Source of the DNA: Leucoraja ocellata
Lineage: Eukaryota
Length of the DNA: 64,000 nt
Direction of reading: 5' to 3'
NCBI GenBank assembly: GCA_036785375.1
Contig: JAWMAR010000070.1
Location: 7,316,001 to 7,380,000, forward strand
Below, piece after piece: positions 12,518-25,400 of the stretch. Position numbers and translations under genes: made by a program. The notes beneath the pieces are model-generated. The model searched no databases, was not told the DNA's origin, and was given only the letters and a program-made list of their open reading frames with translations. Positions within the stretch are counted from its first letter, which is position 1. The number at the start of each line of letters is the position of its first letter.

Positions 12518-12672
12518 TTTTTCAGAGCCCCGCGCGATGTCGGGACCAGCTCCACACAACTCCATACGGCTCCGGCGATCAAAGTGGGACCGGCCCCGCG
12601 TGGCCGTACGGCTCAAGTGACCACGTTAGGTCGCGCTTGCCGCATGGAGTCGCATGCTCATGGGACAGGCCC
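12518..12672. mobile_element. Right half of a Harbinger-like MITE (left half survives at 34737-35017)
   Basis: Termini agggcctctccca / tgggacaggccct with a TTA duplication, relative to empty site cacttaatc at 1782 and 40994. Confidence 0.6.
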
Positions 12673-13559
12673 TTTAATCCGGCGATGTTGCCCGTAGTGA
12701 GCAAAAGTTGCACAAAGTTCACACCCAACTCAATGCTGGCGTACAAAGAATCACTCACACCGGCTGTCTTCAGGGCAGGCAGAAGAAAGTTTATTTAAAT
12801 TAAACGTACATTTACCGGTGCAAGCAAGGTCAGTTCTCCTCACTGCATGCGATCCACGCTCACACCTTCCACGCTGCTCATCTTTATACCTTTACTATTC
12901 CCTACTTAGTGTCAGAGTCAAACAATATGGAAACAGGCCCTTCCCCCAATACCATGTGCTCTAATTTTGCCCATTAATCTCCTATGTGGGACCTTATCAA
13001 ATACTTCCTGCAAGTCCAGGTACACTACATCCACTGGCTCTCCATTGTCCCCAGATCGTCTGACCACTAGTACATCAGGGAGATTGTTTGTGTTCTTCTT
13101 AGTGAAGACGGATCCAAAGTTTTTAGTCTATAAAGGTCCAATTTTAGTCTGAACTAATTTTGCTAGTTATTTTTTAGTTATCTTCTGTTGCTCTTTAAAA
13201 GAGTTACCCAATCCCCTGGCTTTCCGCTCATCTTTGCAACGTTATACCTGTTCTCTTTTATTTTGATAGTGTCCCTGACTTCCCTTGTCAGCCACGGTCG
13301 CCCCTAACTCCCCATGGAATCTTCCTTCCTCTTTGGAATCCGGGTGCTCCGGTTTCGTCCCACACCCCAGAGACGTGCAGGTTTGTAGGTTAATTGGTCA
13401 GTGTAAATTGTATCTAGTGTGTGGGATAGAACTAGTATATGGGGTGATCACTGGTCCCCATTGACTCTGTGGCCGAAGGGCTTGTTTCCCTGTTGTACCT
13501 CTGAACGGAACTAAACTAAACTAGACTTTGTTACTGACCCTGGGACTGGCCCTGCTGAA

Positions 13560-14096
13560 TCAGTGAGAGATCACCAGCTGCATCAATAATTCACAAATCG
13601 GTCTATCACTATAATGGAGCCAAACACAGGAATACGTCCCTGTATCTTCCTCTTTTACACCTGTCAGGAGCAACGTGGCGTCCTGTTCCCAAAGGACGTT
13701 TCGTTCCACGAACTTCCAGTGAACATGAGATCCCGTATAACGCGCATGCACTCTACTATGGAAATTGGCAATTGCAACACCATCTTTTTTCCATGTAACC
13801 ATGGGACTATTGTCAACGTTGGATACTTTACATGGCAACATAACAGAACCACCCAGAGATGCAACGAGCACCTTCTTGTTAATCGTTGATAGGTGATGAC
13901 TGATGGCATCAGAATCTGACTTGTCCGTGCATCTTGGAAACCGTTCATCGGTGACTTGCCGAGGGGCCCGTGCGTTCCGCCCGGCCAAGTTTGCTTCCTC
14001 TCCCCATTCTCTGGAGATCGGACCTGTTCCAGTTGCGGAGACTTGCCACACCATCTCCACAAGGACCATGAATCCTATCCATCTCTGCAGTCCCAT
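13560..14096 (-). CDS. Secreted single V-type Ig-domain protein, copy 2 (type B), 178 aa
   Basis: Same leader as copy 1; motifs VMLPC, VTW, DATLLL, DTGTYSC; open frame. Confidence 0.85.
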   Translation of the reverse strand: MGLQRWIGFMVLVEMVWQVSATGTGPISREWGEEANLAGRNARAPRQVTDERFPRCTDKSDSDAISHHLSTINKKVLVASLGGSVMLPCKVSNVDNSPMVTWKKDGVAIANFHSRVHARYTGSHVHWKFVERNVLWEQDATLLLTGVKEEDTGTYSCVWLHYSDRPICELLMQLVISH

Positions 14097-14692
14097 GTTC
14101 CTGTGGGTGAAACAATGGGTCACCTTATTGCAACTCAGTAGGATTCATGATGGCATTCCCTGAACCCGCCCAGAGTTGGGGAATCGAGAACCAGAGGACA
14201 TCGGTTTAAGGCGAGGGGGGGGGGGGGGGGGGGGGGGGGGAAGATTTAATGGGAAACTGAGGGGTGACTTTTTTACACAAAGGGTGGAGGGTGTTTGGAA
14301 CGAGCTGCCGGAAGAGGTAGTTGAGGCAGGTACTATCACAATGATTAAGAAACAGTTAGACAGGTACATTGATAGGACAGGATTAGAGGGGTAAGGGCCA
14401 AACGCAGGCAGGTGGGTCTAGTATTGATGGGGACACGTTGGTGGGCGCGGGCAAGTTGGGCCAAAGGTCTCGCTGTGACTCTATGACTCCATCACTTGTC
14501 CCACCCCGGTCATTCCTCCTTCTCCCTGGTCCTGTCTAGCAGAAGGTACAGAAGCTTGAAAGCGCGCACCACCAGACTCAGGAACAGCTTCTTCCCCTCT
14601 GCTATCAGGCTTCTGAACTGGGGGAACAGTGAACAGAGACAATCCCACCCCCATCACTCACAGACACTTGAAGGATCCACAGGGTTGGTTAC

Positions 14693-14848
14693 CAGCTCCG
14701 GAGTCTCCACACAGGGTGACGGGGTTGGTCTTGTTCTCATCTCCTGCCATCGCTCGCTCCTTTTATACCGACTCCCGGCTTCTCCTGCCCCTCATTGTCT
14801 GCCCTCACGTACATTCAACCAATCACTGCCTCCCACGGAGCATTGGCC
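14693..14848 (-). promoter_or_regulatory. Promoter and exon 1 of Ig copy 2
   Basis: TATAAAAG at 14767-14760; same CCAAT boxes and GTAACC donor. Confidence 0.65.
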
Positions 14849-15371
14849 GGAGTCAGCCGCGACCTCTCCACCCTCTGCCAAACGTGTCGTTGCATCAGCC
14901 GTTAACGTTTAACAAGAACAACGTCATCCCAGCTGCCAGCGGCCAACCAGGCGCCCCACACATCCTGCTTGTGTCTCCACCACGTCTCGTTCTGGTCAAC
15001 CCATCGCAGTTGAGGCAGAAACTATCCCAACGTTTAAGAAACAGCTAGACAGGAACAGGGATAGGTCAGATTTGGAGGGAAATGGACCAAACGTGGACAG
15101 GTGGGACTAGTGTAGCTGGGACATGTTGTCCAATGTGGGCAAGTTGGGCCGAAGGGCCTGTTTCCATGCTGTATCACTCTATAACTGTATTACACTATGA
15201 CATTAAATCTTCTGCTTATCGAATCCACACACAGATTAGTTGTTCAGCCAGAGCTGATCACACTTCTCGGCATCTGCATAAAATGGTGTCTGTCTTGTCG
15301 CGTCTTGTGCTGCTTGTTCGTGGTGGTGGAGAAATTGGTGTAAACGTGAAACATTAAATAAATAATGATAA

Positions 15372-15400
15372 CTAGACCAAGTGGGACCCGTTGGGCCCCG
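15372..15400 (-). mobile_element. Helitron-like 3' terminus (hairpin + CTAG|T); also at 30973 and 37121
   Basis: Minus strand gggaccc-aac-gggtccc-acttggt-CTAG-t (perfect hairpin in the 37121 copy); 5' end not identified. Confidence 0.45.
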
Positions 15401-16866
15401 TTCCCCCAACGTAATATTCCACCACTCACCCATACCCCACAATACTCACCCCACCCTCCCACAAGGAAAATTCTGGAAATGAAACCTCTCTCTTACTCCA
15501 CCCCCCCACAATGAAACGGGGAGCCCCCGCCCCAACCCACCCCTCCCCACAATCGTAATTATTTTGTAAATAAGGAGTAAATGAAACCTCTCAGCAATTC
15601 CACCCCCCACAATGAAAAGTCTCCTCCCAAGTAATCTAAATGAGATTCCTTTGCGATGTACCCGTCCCCCCAACGTAATATTCCACCACTCACCCATACC
15701 CCACAACTGCGCAGGCGAGTCTCTTACACTCCCTCCCCCTCGTCTTTACCCTCCTCCTTCTCTCCCCTCTCCTCCTCCACTCCCTCCATCACCTCTCCTT
15801 CCCTCTCATTTTTCCCTACCCTCAGTCACTGCCTCCCCTTTCGCACTCCCCCACTAAACACAACGTTTAAATAACATTTCTTCTCCTCCACTCCCTGCTT
15901 CTACTTACAACAATGTAAGGAATCTCTCATTGCACTGGCTGGAACTTATCTCAACACTGTTGATTGGGAGCTGAGATCCCATTCTGATGTCATTGTCGGA
16001 TCAACCCCCCCTTCCTCTCCCTCTATTCCCCCTCCTCACCCACTCTCCCTCCTCACCTCCCCCACTTTCCCCCCTCTTCCTCCCTACTCCCTTCTCTCCC
16101 CCAATCCCCCCCCCCCCCCCACCTCCTCACACTGCCTTGTAACTAACAACCTCCAATCCAGGCATCATTCTGGGATTCCTCTCCTGCACCCTCTCCAAAC
16201 TCTTTGGGAAATTGGCTCCGGTTATCTCCCCTATCTATGCCTCTCATCTCTATATTGTTAAAAGTCTCATCTTGTGTATATGTATACGTGTGTGTGTTGT
16301 CTGTGCCTTTCTGCCTTCATCAAAATGCCACGCATTAGCGCATTAGCTTTCACGCATTAGTAATCGTATTAACCCCTTTGACAAAATAAACTGCTCCACT
16401 TCACATTACATGCTGTAGTTCACAAGTTATAGCGTTTTAAAAATAGTGAAAACCAACTTATTAAACGGCAAACCTTCACCCCGCTTCGAGTGATGTCACA
16501 AAGGGGGAGTGGTCGACCACCAGCTTCCAGTGATGTCAGGGGGATGACCTCATTGAAATTAACTTTCCGCTTTATCCGATCCGGCCTTCTACGCCCCACA
16601 TGGAGTTTTTCGCGGCCATCAAAGAGGCGTCGAGACTGCAGCGGTGAAGGAGATATCGTGACCGCCATGGGCAGAAATCCTGGGGGGGGAACAGGGGACA
16701 CGTCTCCCTATGCTTTGGGAGGTGGGGGACGATTCCCCCCCGCCCATGTTTTGTGTTCCGGACTTTATCAGACGCTTTCTATGGGCAGAATCGTCCCGTT
16801 CGCGGGGCCTTTCAGCGCCCAAGCGGCTTAAAATCAAACTGCTGCATCGAGGCGATCGAGGCTCCC

Positions 16867-18312
16867 ATAGAAACGTAGAAAATAGGTGCAGGAGTAGGGC
16901 ATTCGGCCCTTCGAGCCTGCACTGCCATTTAATATGATTATACTGATCATCCAACTCAGTATGCCATAAAGTCCTGACATCCCAGGAATCAGTCTGGTGA
17001 GCCTTCTCTGTACTCCCTCTATGGCAAGAATGTCTTTCCTCAGATTAAGAGACCAAAACTGTACGCAATACTCCAGGTGTGGTCTCACCAAGAGCATGTA
17101 CAACTGCAGTAGAACCTCCCTGCTCCTATACTCAAATCCTTTTGCTATGAATGCTAACATACCATTCGCCTTCTTCACTGCCTGCTGCACCTGCATGCCT
17201 ACTTTTAATGACTGGTGTACCATGACACCCAGGTCTCGTTGCATCTCCCCCTTTCCTAATCGGCCACCATTCAGATAATAGTCTAATTTCCTGTTTTTGC
17301 CACCAAAATGGATAACCTCACATTTATCCACATTATACTGCATCTGCCATGCATTTGCCCACTCACCCAGCCTATCCAAGTCACCTTGAAGCCTCCTAGC
17401 ATCCTCCTCACAGCTAACACTGCCCCCAGCTTTGTGTCATCCGCAAACTTGGAAATGTTGCATACAATTCCCTCGTCCAAATCATTAATATATACCGTAA
17501 ATAGCTGGGGTCCCAGAACTGAGCCTTGCGGTACCCCACTAGTCACTGCCTGCCATTGTGAAAAGGACCCGTTTACTCCTACTCTTTGCTTCCTGTCTGC
17601 CAGCCAGTTCTCTATCCACATCAGTACTGAACCCCCAATACCATGTGCTTTAAGTTTGTATACTAATCTCTTATGTGGGACCTTGTCGAAAGCCTTCTGA
17701 AAGTCCAGATATAACACATGCACTGGTTCTCCCCTATCCACGCTACTAGTTACATCCTCGAAAAATTCTATAAGATTCGTCAGACATGATTTACCTTTCG
17801 TAAATCCATGTTGACTTTGTCCAATGATTTCACCACTTTCCATATGTGCTGCTATCCCATCTTTAATAACTGACTCTAGCAGTTTCCCCACTACCGATGT
17901 TAGGCTAACTGGTCTGTAATTCCCCGTTTTCTCTCTCCCTCTCTTTTTAAAATGTGGTGTTACATTAGCTACCCTCCAATCCTCAGGAACTACTCCCAAA
18001 TCTAAAGAGTTTTGAAAAATTATCACTAATGCATCCACTATTTCTGGGGCTACTTCCTTAAGTACTCTGGGATACAACCTATCTGGCCCTGGGGATTTAT
18101 CGGCTTTTAATTCATTCAATTTACCTACCACCACTTCCCGGCTAACCTGGATTTCACTCAGTTCCTCCATCTCATTTGACCTCCGGTCCCCTGCTATTTC
18201 CGGCAGATTATTTATGTCTTCCTTAGTGAAGACAGAACCAAAGTAGTTATTCAATTGGTCTGCCATGTCCTTGTTCCCCATGATCAATTCACTTGTTTCT
18301 GACTGCAAGGGA
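16867..18312 (-). mobile_element. Recombinant CR1 (site-1 3' end, site-2 5' end)
   Basis: ORFs 17283-18308 and 16834-17379. Left flank matches the 5131 site; right flank matches the 8350 site. Confidence 0.88.
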
Positions 18313-19778
18313 CCTGAAGGGCTTGGCCAAGCAGATACAAGGATTGAACCCGCAGTGGTTTAGGTATCGTGTAGGGGAATTTGATGTACAGTCCAAAAAT
18401 AAAGATTAGTTGTAGAGTTGCTGCCTTACAGCGCTAGAGACCCGCCTTCGATGGTAACTACGGGCACTGTCTGTACAGTGTATGTACATTGTCCCTGTGA
18501 CCATGTGGGTTTCCTCCGGGTGCTCTGGTTTCCTTTCAGATTGCAAAGACGTGTAGATTTGTAGGTTAATTGGCTTCAGTAAATTGTCCCTAGTGTGTAG
18601 GTTAGAACTAGTGTAGGGGTGATCACTGGTTGGGTTAGACTCGGTGGGCCGAAGAACCTGTTTCCATATCCTAACATATTCAGTTTTTCAGAGCTCCGCG
18701 CGATGTCGGGACCAGCTCCACACAACTCCATACGGCTCCGGCGATCAAAGTGGGACCGGCCCCGCGAGGCCGTACGGCTCAAGTGACCACGTTAGGTCGC
18801 GCTTGCCGCATGGAGTCGCATGCTCGTGGGACAGGCCCTTTAATCCGGCGATGTTGCCCGTAGTGAGCAAAAGTTGCACAAAGTTCACACCCAACTCAAT
18901 GCTGGCGTACAAAGAATCACTCACACCGGCTGTCTTCAGGGCAGGCAGAAGAAAGTTTATTTAAATTAAACGTACATTTACCGGTGCAAGCAAGGTCAGT
19001 TCTCCTCACTGCATGCGATCCACGCTCACACCTTCCACGCTGCTCATCTTTATACCTTTACTATTCCCTACTTAGTGTCAGAATCAAACAATATGGAAAC
19101 AGGCCCTTCCCCCAATACCATGTGCTCTAATTTTGCCCACTAATCTCCTATGTGGGACCTTATCAAATACTTCCTGAAAGTCCAGGTACACTACATCCAC
19201 TGGCTCTCCATTGTCCCCAGATCCTCTGACCACTAGTACATCAGGGAGATTGTTTGTGTTCTCCTTAGTGAAGACGGATCCAACGTTTTTAGTCTATAAA
19301 GGTCCAATTTTAGTCTGACCTAATTTTTTTCACATATCTAAAGAAGCTTTTACGATCCTCCTTTCTATTCTTGGCTATCTTACCTTCATACCTCATCTTT
19401 TCTCCCCGTATTGCTTTTTTAGTTATCTTCTGTTGCTCTTTAAAAGAGTTACCCAATCCCCTGGCTTTCCGCTCATCTTTGCAACGTTATACCTGTTCTC
19501 TTTTATTTTGATAGTGTCCCTGACTTCCCTTGTCAGCCACGGTCGCCCCTAACTCCCCTTGGAATCTTCCTTCCGCTTTCATCCCACACCCCAGAGACGT
19601 GCAGGTTTGTAGGTTAATTGGTCAGTGTAAATTGTAGCTAGTGTGTGGGATAGAACTAGTACATGGGGTGATCACTGGTCCCCGTTGACTCTGTGGGCCG
19701 AATGGCCTGTTTCCCTGAACTAAACTAAACTAAACTAAACTAGACTTTGCTACTAACTCTGGGACGGGCCCTGCTGAA

Positions 19779-20315
19779 TCAGTAGATTTCAAAGACTGCC
19801 AGCGAGACCCATTCTTCACAAGTCCTATTATCTTGAGTGGTCCAGACACAGGTATATAACCCTTCATCTTTCTGTTCTACGCCTGCCAGGATCAACGAGG
19901 CGTCATGTATCACATGGATATCATTATGCTTGAAACGCCAGCGGCCCTCCGATCGCTTCGCTATGTCAGGAGTTTTAAGACCATACCTGGCAATCGTAAC
20001 ATTGTATTTTCTCCAAATGACATTCAAGAGTTGATGGTATTCGCGGGATACTTTACAGGGCAGCGTAATGATACTACCCAGAGCTGCATCGAGCATATGC
20101 TCGCTAAATGATGCACCGTGATCACTGTCAGAATCTGACTCGTCCGTGCATCTTGGAAACCGTTCATTGGTGACTTGTCGAGGGGCCCGTGCGTTCCGCC
20201 CGGCCAAGTTTGCTTCCTCTCCCCATTCTCTGGAGATCGGACCTGTTCCAGTTGCGGAGACTTGCCACACCATCTCCACAAGGACCATGAATCCTATCCA
20301 TCTCTGCAGTCCCAT
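19779..20315 (-). CDS. Secreted single V-type Ig-domain protein, copy 3 (type A), 178 aa
   Basis: Close paralog of copy 1 (about 9 substitutions plus a different C-terminus); ITLPC...W...DEGLYTC. Confidence 0.85.
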   Translation of the reverse strand: MGLQRWIGFMVLVEMVWQVSATGTGPISREWGEEANLAGRNARAPRQVTNERFPRCTDESDSDSDHGASFSEHMLDAALGSIITLPCKVSREYHQLLNVIWRKYNVTIARYGLKTPDIAKRSEGRWRFKHNDIHVIHDASLILAGVEQKDEGLYTCVWTTQDNRTCEEWVSLAVFEIY

Positions 20316-20897
20316 GTTCCTGTGGGTGAAACAATGGGTCACCTTATTGCAACTCAGTAGGATTCATGATGGCATTCCCTGAACCCGCACAGAGTTGGGG
20401 AATCGAGAACCAGAGGACATCGGTTTAAGGCGAGGGGGGGGGGGAAAGATTTCATGGGAAACTGAGGGGTGACTTTTTTACACAAAGGGTGGAGGGTGTT
20501 TGGAACGAGCTGCCGGAAGAGGTAGTTGGGGCAGGTACTATCACAATGATTAAGAAACAGTTAGACAGGTACATTGATAGGACAGGATTAGAGGGGTAAG
20601 GGCCAAACGCAGGCAGGTGGGTCTAGTATTGATGGGGGCACGTTGGTGGGCGCGGGCAAGTTGGGCCGAAGGTCTCGCTGTGACTCTATGACTCCATCAC
20701 TTGTCCCACCCCGGTCATTCCTCCTTCTCCCTGGTCCTGTCTAGCAGAAGGTACAGAAGCTTGAAAGCGCGCACCACCAGACTCAGGAACAGCTTCTTCC
20801 CCTCTGCTATCAGGCTTCTGAACTGGGGGAACAGTGAACAGAGACAATCCCACCCCCATCACTCACAGACACTTGAAGGATCCACAGGATTGGTTAC

Positions 20898-21054
20898 CAG
20901 CTCCGGAGTCTCCACACAGGGTGACGGGGTCGGTCTTGTTCTCATCTCCTGCCATCGCTCGCTCCTTTTATACCGACTCCCGGCTTCTCCTGCCCCCTCA
21001 TTGTCTGCCCTCACGTACATTCAACCAATCACTGCCTCCCACGGAGCATTGGCC
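20898..21054 (-). promoter_or_regulatory. Promoter and exon 1 of Ig copy 3
   Basis: TATAAAAG at 20972-20965; same architecture. Confidence 0.65.
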
Positions 21055-22433
21055 GGAGTCAGCCGCGACCTCTCCACCCTCTGCCAAACGTGTCGTTGCA
21101 TCAGCCGTTAACGTTTAACAAGAACAACGTCATCCCAGCTGCCAGCAGCCAACCAGGCGCACCACACATCCTGCTTGTGTCTCCACCACGTCTCGTTCTG
21201 GTCAACCCAGAGATCCGAGTTTTTCGCGGCCATCAAAGAGGCGTCGAGACTGCGGCGGTGAAGGAGATATCGTGACCGCAATGGGCAGAAATCCTGGGGG
21301 GGGGGGGAACAGGGGGCACGTCTCCCTATGCTTTGGGAGGTGGGGGACGATTCCCCCCCCGCCCATGTTTTGTGTTCCGGACTTTATCAGACGCTTTCTA
21401 TGGGCAGAATCGTCCCGTTCGCGGGGCCTTTCAGCGCCCAAGCGGCTTAAAATCAAACTGCTGCATTGAGGCGATCGAGGCTCCCATAGAAACATAGAAA
21501 ATAGGTGCAGGAGTAGGCCATTCAGCCTCCTAGCATCCTCCTCACAGCTAACACTGCCCCCCAGTTTCGTGTCATCCGCAAACTTGGAGATGTTGCATTC
21601 AACTCCCTCATCCAGATCATTAATATATATCGTAAATAGCTGGGGTCCCAGCACTGAGCCTTGCGGTACCCCACTAGTCACTGCCTGCCATTCTGAAAAG
21701 GACCCGTTTACTCCTACTCTTTGCTTTCTGTCTGCCAGCCAGTTCTCTATCCACATCAATACCAATGTTGAAACCCCCGCCGGGCGATGAAAGGCCCCGC
21801 GAACGGGCCGATTCAAGCCCACGATTCCGGGCAGACGAAGCTGCTGTTGCTGGAGTTCGGAGTCGGTCACCAACCAAGTCAGCTCCCGATGTTACCGTCC
21901 ACAGGGCCCACGGCCGAATCCTCGCGTGTGTGCCGCATGCACGCGTGTGCATGTGTGCCGCCATGGAATTGTGCCCCACCATGTTTTGATACCGATTTCC
22001 ATGCATGGAGATGACCTCCAATGAAGTGTAAATGCATGGTTGATTAGATTACTGTAACAGCATTGTAAATATTGTACATAATGTGCCAGGCAGTTATCCT
22101 ACTGTTTGTTGATTGGCTAAAGTGTTGAGCCCTGGCAGGTTTGTTTGAATTCCAGGGTAAATGTTGGCATTATTCAAGTTAAGTTAGCATCTTCCCAGAA
22201 GCTTCTCCTGAAACAATGTATGGGATCTGTAGTGGTCTGGGGAACTGTCTATAATATACTGATGTAATTAATATGTTTGATTGGATTGTAAAGAGACCAC
22301 CCCTATGTAGTTCGGCCCCTCAAGGTTCGGGGACTTATAAAAGGCAGCCCCCACGAGGTCCTTTGTCGATCTTCTGGAAGAATCCTTGGGACAGCGTGAC
22401 CTTTTGGAGTGTTTCTGCTTGCACGAGGCTGAA

Positions 22434-25400
22434 CATAGAAACATAGAAACATAGCTAATAGGTGCAGGAGTATGCCATTCGCCCTTCGAGCCTGCACCGC
22501 CATTCAATATGATCATGGCAGATCATCCAACTCAGTATCCTGTAACTGCGTTCTCTCCATACCACCTGATCCATTTAGCCACAAGGGCCACATCTAACTC
22601 CCTCTTAAATATAGCCAATGAACTGGCTTCAACTACCTTCTGCGGCAGAGAATTCCAGAGATTCACCACTCTCTGTGTGAAAAAAGTTGTCCTCATCTCG
22701 GCCCCAAAAGACTTCCTCTTATCCTTAAACTGTGACCCCTTGTTCTGGACTTCCCGAACATCGGGAACAATTTTCCTGCATCTAGCCTGTCCAACCCCTT
22801 AAGAATTTTGTAAGTTTCTATAAGATCCCCCCTCAATCTTCTAAATTCTAGCGAGTACAAACCGAGTCTATCCAGTCTTTCGTCATATGAAAGTCCTGAC
22901 ATCGCAGGAATCAGTCTGGTGAGCCTTCTCTGTACTCCCTCTATAGCAAGAATGTCTTTCCTCAGATTAAGAGACCAAAACCTGTACGCAATACTCCAGG
23001 TTGGTCTCACCAAGAGCATGTACAACTGCAGTAGAACCTCCCTGCTCCTATACTCAAATCCTTTTGCTATGAATGCTAACATACCATTCGCCTTCTTCAC
23101 TGCCTGCTGCACTGCATGCCTACTTTTAATGTTTAAGAGGGAACTGCAGATGCTGGAGAATCGAAGGTTACACAGAAAAGCTGGAGAAACTCAGCCGGGT
23201 GCAGCAGCATCTATGGAGCGAAGGAAAAAGGCAACGTTTCGGGCCGAAACCCCTTCTTCAGACTGATCAGGGGTGGGGGTGGGGTGGGGACAAGAAAGGA
23301 AAAGGAGGAGTCGCGGAAGGCTGGAGGGTGGGAGGAGAAGGCTGGAGGGTGGGAGGAGACACCAGGGGAGCTGAGGAAGGGGAGGAGACAGCAAGGACTA
23401 ACAGAATTGGGAGAAGTCGATGTTCATGCCCCCGGGGTGCAGACTCCCCAAACGGAATATGAGGTGCTGTTCCTCCAATTTCCGGTGCTGCTCGCTGTGG
23501 CCATGGAGGAGACCCAGGACAGAGAGGTCGGAGGCGGAGTGGGAGGGGGAGTTGAAGTGCTGAGCCACCGGGAGGTCAGCTAGGTTATTGCGGACCGAGC
23601 GGAGGTGTTCGGCGAAACGATCGCCCAACCTCCGCTTGGTCTCACTGATATAGATCTGCTGACATCTAGTGCAGCGGACGCAATAGATGAGGTTGGAAGA
23701 GATGCAGGTAAACCTCTGTCGCACCTGGAACGATTGCTTGGGTCCCTGAACGGAGTTGAGGGGGGAGGTAAAGGGACAAGTGTTGCATCTCCTGCGGCCG
23801 CAAGGGAAAGTGCCCGGGGAGGGGGTGGACCGGAGGGGAAGGGAAGGAGAATTGACAAGGGAGTTATGGAGGGAGCGGTCTTTGCGGAAGGCAGATATGG
23901 GGGGAGATGGGAAGATGTGGCTAGTAGTGGGGTCACGTTGGAGGTGGCGAAACTGACGGAGGATTATTTTTTGTATGTGATGGCTGGTGGGGTGAAAGGT
24001 GAGGACTAGGGGGACTCGGCCCTTGTTGCGAGTGCGGGGATGGGGAGAGAGAGCAGTGTTGCGGGGTATGGAAGAGACCCTGGTGCGAGCCTCATTTATG
24101 GTGGAGGAGGGGAACCCCCGTTCCCTGAATAGTGAGGACATTTCAGATGTCCTGGTGTGGAACGCCTCATCCGTGGAGCAGATGCGGCGTAGACGGAGGA
24201 ATTGGGAGTAGGGGTGGAGTCCTTACAGGAAGCAGGGTGGGAAGAAGTGTAGTCCAGATAGCCATGGGAGTCAGTGGGTTTATAGTGTATGTCGGTTATA
24301 AGTCTATCACCTGCAATGGAATAGTGAGGTCAAGGAATGGTAGGGAAGTGTCGGAGATGGTCCAGGTGTATTTCAGTGCCGGGTGGAAATTAGTGGTGAA
24401 GTGGATGAAGTCAGTCAGTTGTGTGCGGGTGCAGGAGGTGGCACCAAAGCAGTCGTCGATGTAGCGGAGGTAGAGGTTGGGGATGGGGCCCTGGTATGTA
24501 TTGAACAAGGATTGCTCGACGTAACCTACAAATAGGCAGGCATAGCTGGGGCCCATGCGTGTGCCCATAGCTACGCCTTGTATTTGAGGAAGTGGGAGGA
24601 GTCGAACTCGAAGTTATTGAGGGTAAGGACCAGCTCCGCTAGGCGGAGGAGAGTGTCAGTGGCTGGGTATGGGTTGCTTGTCTGGTCGAGGAAGAACCGG
24701 AGGGCTGTGAGACCATCGTAGTGGGGGATGGAGGTGTATAGTGATTGGACGTCCATGGTGAAGATGAGGGGGTGAGGGCCTAGAGAATTGAATGCGCGGA
24801 GACGACGGAGAGTGTCTGAGGTGTCTTGGACATAGGTAGGGAGGGATTTAACCAAGGGTGATAGGATGGAGTCAAGGTATTTGGAAATGAGTTCGGTGGG
24901 GCACGAACAGGCGGAGACAATGGGTCTTCCGGACAATCAGGTTTGTGGATTTTAGGGAGAAGGTAAAATCGGGCTGTGCGGGGCTGGGGAACGATGAGGT
25001 TGGAGGCTCGGTCGGGTAGGGCATTGGAGTGGATGAAGTTGGTGATGGTGCTGGAGATGGTGGCCTGGTGCTCGTCAGTGGGGTCATGGTCCAGGGGTAA
25101 GTAGGAGGAGGTGTCCGATAGTTGGCGCGTGGCCTCAGCTTTGTAGGTTTACCTGCATCTCTTCCAACCTCATCTATTGCGTCCGCTGCTCTAGATGTCA
25201 GCAGAGCTTATCGGTGAGATCGGTGACCAAGCGGAGGTGGGCGATCGTGTTCGCCGAACACCTCCGCTCGGTCCGCAATAACCTAGCTGACCTCCCGGTG
25301 GCTCAGCACTTCAACTCCCCCTCCCACTCCGCCTCCGACCTCTCTGTCCTGGGTCTCCTCCATGGCCACAGCGAGCAGCACCGGAAATTGGAGGAACAGC

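Noticed and set aside
23580-24464. Overlapping alternative-frame and antisense ORFs in Penelope and CR1 copies
   Set aside because: Shadows of TE coding sequence with no independent protein motifs.
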